DNA from: the human T2T-CHM13v2.0 reference genome, Homo sapiens
DNA length: 64,000 nucleotides
Strand: one strand, 5' to 3'
Assembly (NCBI RefSeq): GCF_009914755.1
Contig: NC_060939.1
Shown here: positions 61,600-64,000 of the stretch, piece by piece
How positions within the stretch are numbered: position 1 is the first letter of the stretch
How the letters are laid out: each line of letters begins with the position of its first letter
Position numbers and translations under genes: made by a program
The notes under the pieces: generated by a model
Databases searched by the model: none
What the model was told of the DNA's origin: nothing
Seen by the model: the letters and a program-made list of their open reading frames with translations, nothing else

Positions 61600-62580
61600 T
61601 AAACAAGTGGAGGAGAAATCTAGAAGTCATAAAGGAAAAATGAACACATCTGACTACATAAAATATCTTAAAACTATAAGTGGAAAAAGATACCATAAAC
61701 AAAGTCAGAAGGCAAATGACAGAGTGGACAAAAATATTAGCAACACATGTAACAGATAAAAGGTAAATGTCCTTCCTATACAAAGAGTGCTCTACAGTTT
61801 AAAAAGGAAATATGAAAGGTCCAATAGAAAAATGGTTTGAGGTTTGAATAGACAATTCACAGAGGAGAAAATGCATACCTCCAGAAGACATAAAATTATG
61901 CTTAGCATTACTTTAGTCAAAGACGTATGACATAAAACAATCAGGTTTTTGTCTGTCAGATTGGATAAAACTAAAATGACAGATAAGAGTAAGAAAATGG
62001 CTGCATTGATATAGTTAGTGGAGGGTACATCACACAACCTTTTGGAATAGAGTTTGGCCATGTCAATTAACATTACCATGTGCCCTACTCAGTGATCCAG
62101 CAGATCTACTTCTAGAAATCTGGCATACAGAAAAACTCATGCACATGCATAAAGATACATGGATGAGATTTTCATTGTAGCTCTGGGATATAATAGCAAA
62201 AATGGAAAACTGAAATGTTAATAAGGGAATGTTTAAATAAACCATGCATGGTGCATGGTTAACCTAGGCAGTAGATAAAAAGAATGAGGTGGCTCTACAG
62301 ACACTAACCTACAAAGATGTTCATCGTATATTAAGTGTAAAAAGCCTGTTGAAAAATTGGATAAACAGCATGAATCAATTTCTACACTTTTTTTAAAGTA
62401 TGAAGAAATAGTGATTTATGGGTAGGTATGCAGGGATAAATACAGAGCAAATGGTTAACAGCAGTTTAATCTGAGAAGTGGAAAGTGGGGTCTTGTGAGA
62501 CCTTGTATAGTTCTTTCTTTCTAAGCACAGTTGAGTTATGGGAGGTTTTGCTTTATGTGTTTTTCACTAACTTTCTAAAA
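61600..62580 (+). mobile_element. Old L1ME 3' region
   Basis: aaaagataccataaacaaagtcagaaggcaaatgacaga...gaatagacaattcacagaggag. Confidence 0.7.
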
Positions 62581-63469
62581 TATCTCAATGACAAAATATG
62601 GTACAATTGTAAGGACATTTGTGATAACTGATCGATCTGTTATATGCCTATTTTGCTTTAGGCACTGTACTAGAGTGATTCCACAAGCTAATTTTATCTT
62701 CATCACTCCCTATGCAATACATATTATTATTAGAACCATTTTGCAGGTGAAGAATATGAAACTTAAAGAGCTGAAGCTACTTGTACACAGACTCTGGCTG
62801 TGGTCATGGCTTATAGGCAATTTGAAGCAAAGATGTTGGCAATAATGTAACACCCAGGGTGCTATAAGGACTAGATTGAAAGTCTGCCATCTGAGGAACT
62901 CTCTTTAAAGCACATGAATAGTCCTTAAAAACTGGGTCTCAATACATCCTTCCCCAGCTGTGGTCAAGTCCCCCTTCTTTTGGCTTTTGATGTCCTGGCT
63001 TTGTAGGCTTGCTGTACTCTAGACAAGGAATGCAAATGAGTGTTGAATGAGAGTAGGGGTTTGAAGTCCCAAGCACTAGAAGGCAAATTTACCTTCCCCC
63101 ACTTAATCCTGGGTAAGCAAAACTGAATGGTAGCCCAGGTATGTCAGCTGCCCTCATTCTCGGCAACACTTCCAACTCCTTTTCTGCCTCTTTCACAGGA
63201 CAAATCTCCAGCTGTGAAGTCCCCAGAGACACCTTCCACAAAGCTGGCAGCCTTTGCCCAGGGCTGTGGCAATTACTCCAAATGTTGGGAGAGTCCAAAC
63301 CTCCTCTTCTAACTTTGTGTATAGGGGATCTCTGTCTTCCATGCTGGGGGATGGGAGAAAGGGGTTGAGTCTGCATAGGGCTGAAGCTGCCAGCAAGAGC
63401 TGGGACCCAGGAGAGCAGGTGAGAAGGGAGGGGTCAGGGCAGCCAGAAAACTTGTGGTTCTGAAATGAA

Positions 63470-63629
63470 TCTGCATGAGTCATTTGTTTAAAAAGGGCGG
63501 AGTTTCTGGAGCCCCCAGATAATCCTGGGGAATAGAGTAGACCAGAAAAGACAAAATACAATGAAAGGATCAAGGGACAGCTAAATGCCTGAGATAGGCC
63601 CTTGGCTTCTGCTTAAATGATCCGTGTAG

Positions 63630-63679
<50 letters not shown>

Positions 63680-63940
63680 AGTGAAGTCTGCCAAGCTCTC
63701 ATGACTTGATTCAAGTATCAGGTCACCTGTCCCACCAATCAAATATCCTTATCTTTCGGTTGGAGAATCTTCCCTCCTCCCTGATTCCACTCCCCAGTGC
63801 AGGCTACCATCCCAGCTTTGTTAGGGGATAGGCAAATTGCTCAAGATCATTCAGTCTCGCCTACCAAGTCAGGACTGCTTTCCTAGAGCAGTTAGCCCGC
63901 CTCAGCTCAGCTCAGGTGGCCTTTGGAAAATCCCTGGCTG
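63470..63940. promoter_or_regulatory. Candidate inducible enhancer (AP-1, GC box, CCAAT, GATA, NF-kB motifs)
   Basis: TGAGTCA 63476-63482, GGGCGGAGT 63495-63503, CCAAT 63735-63739, CTTATCT 63748-63754, GGAAAATCCC 63925-63934. Motif-only evidence. Confidence 0.35.
63632..63677. repeat. (GT)23 microsatellite
   Basis: Read directly; uninterrupted. Confidence 0.97.
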
Positions 63941-64000
63941 TTACCAGATCACGGCCTTCAATTTTTTTTTTTTTTAACTGCAACCCTTAGTAAGAAATAC

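Overview
Primate (human-like) non-coding DNA dominated by transposable elements. It holds about 40 Alu copies or monomers, old L1M fragments, two young L1PA 3' ends, MIR/L2/CR1 relics, DNA transposons (MER47, MER58, MADE2, Charlie1, MER3/33), many ERV1, ERVL and MaLR solo LTRs, and two decayed ERV-L internal regions with recognisable protease, RT, RNase H, integrase and dUTPase motifs. I found no credible protein-coding exon, RNA gene or CpG island; the ORF track is repeat-derived noise. I cannot name the locus. Repeat family names come from my recollection of consensus sequences, so subfamilies and most boundaries (about +/-20 bp unless a TSD is quoted) are approximate. The best candidate for something new is a 76-nt LTR12 (ERV9) segment at 38419-38494 that appears to be just the R region (TSS to poly(A) site). 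It carries an A-rich tail and a 13-bp TSD, which fits an L1-mobilised LTR mini-transcript. The window also has several small mutational scars: two local templated insertions, a poly(A)-only TPRT insertion, fold-back patches in Alus and Alu-born VNTRs. A few candidate regulatory clusters rest on motifs alone.
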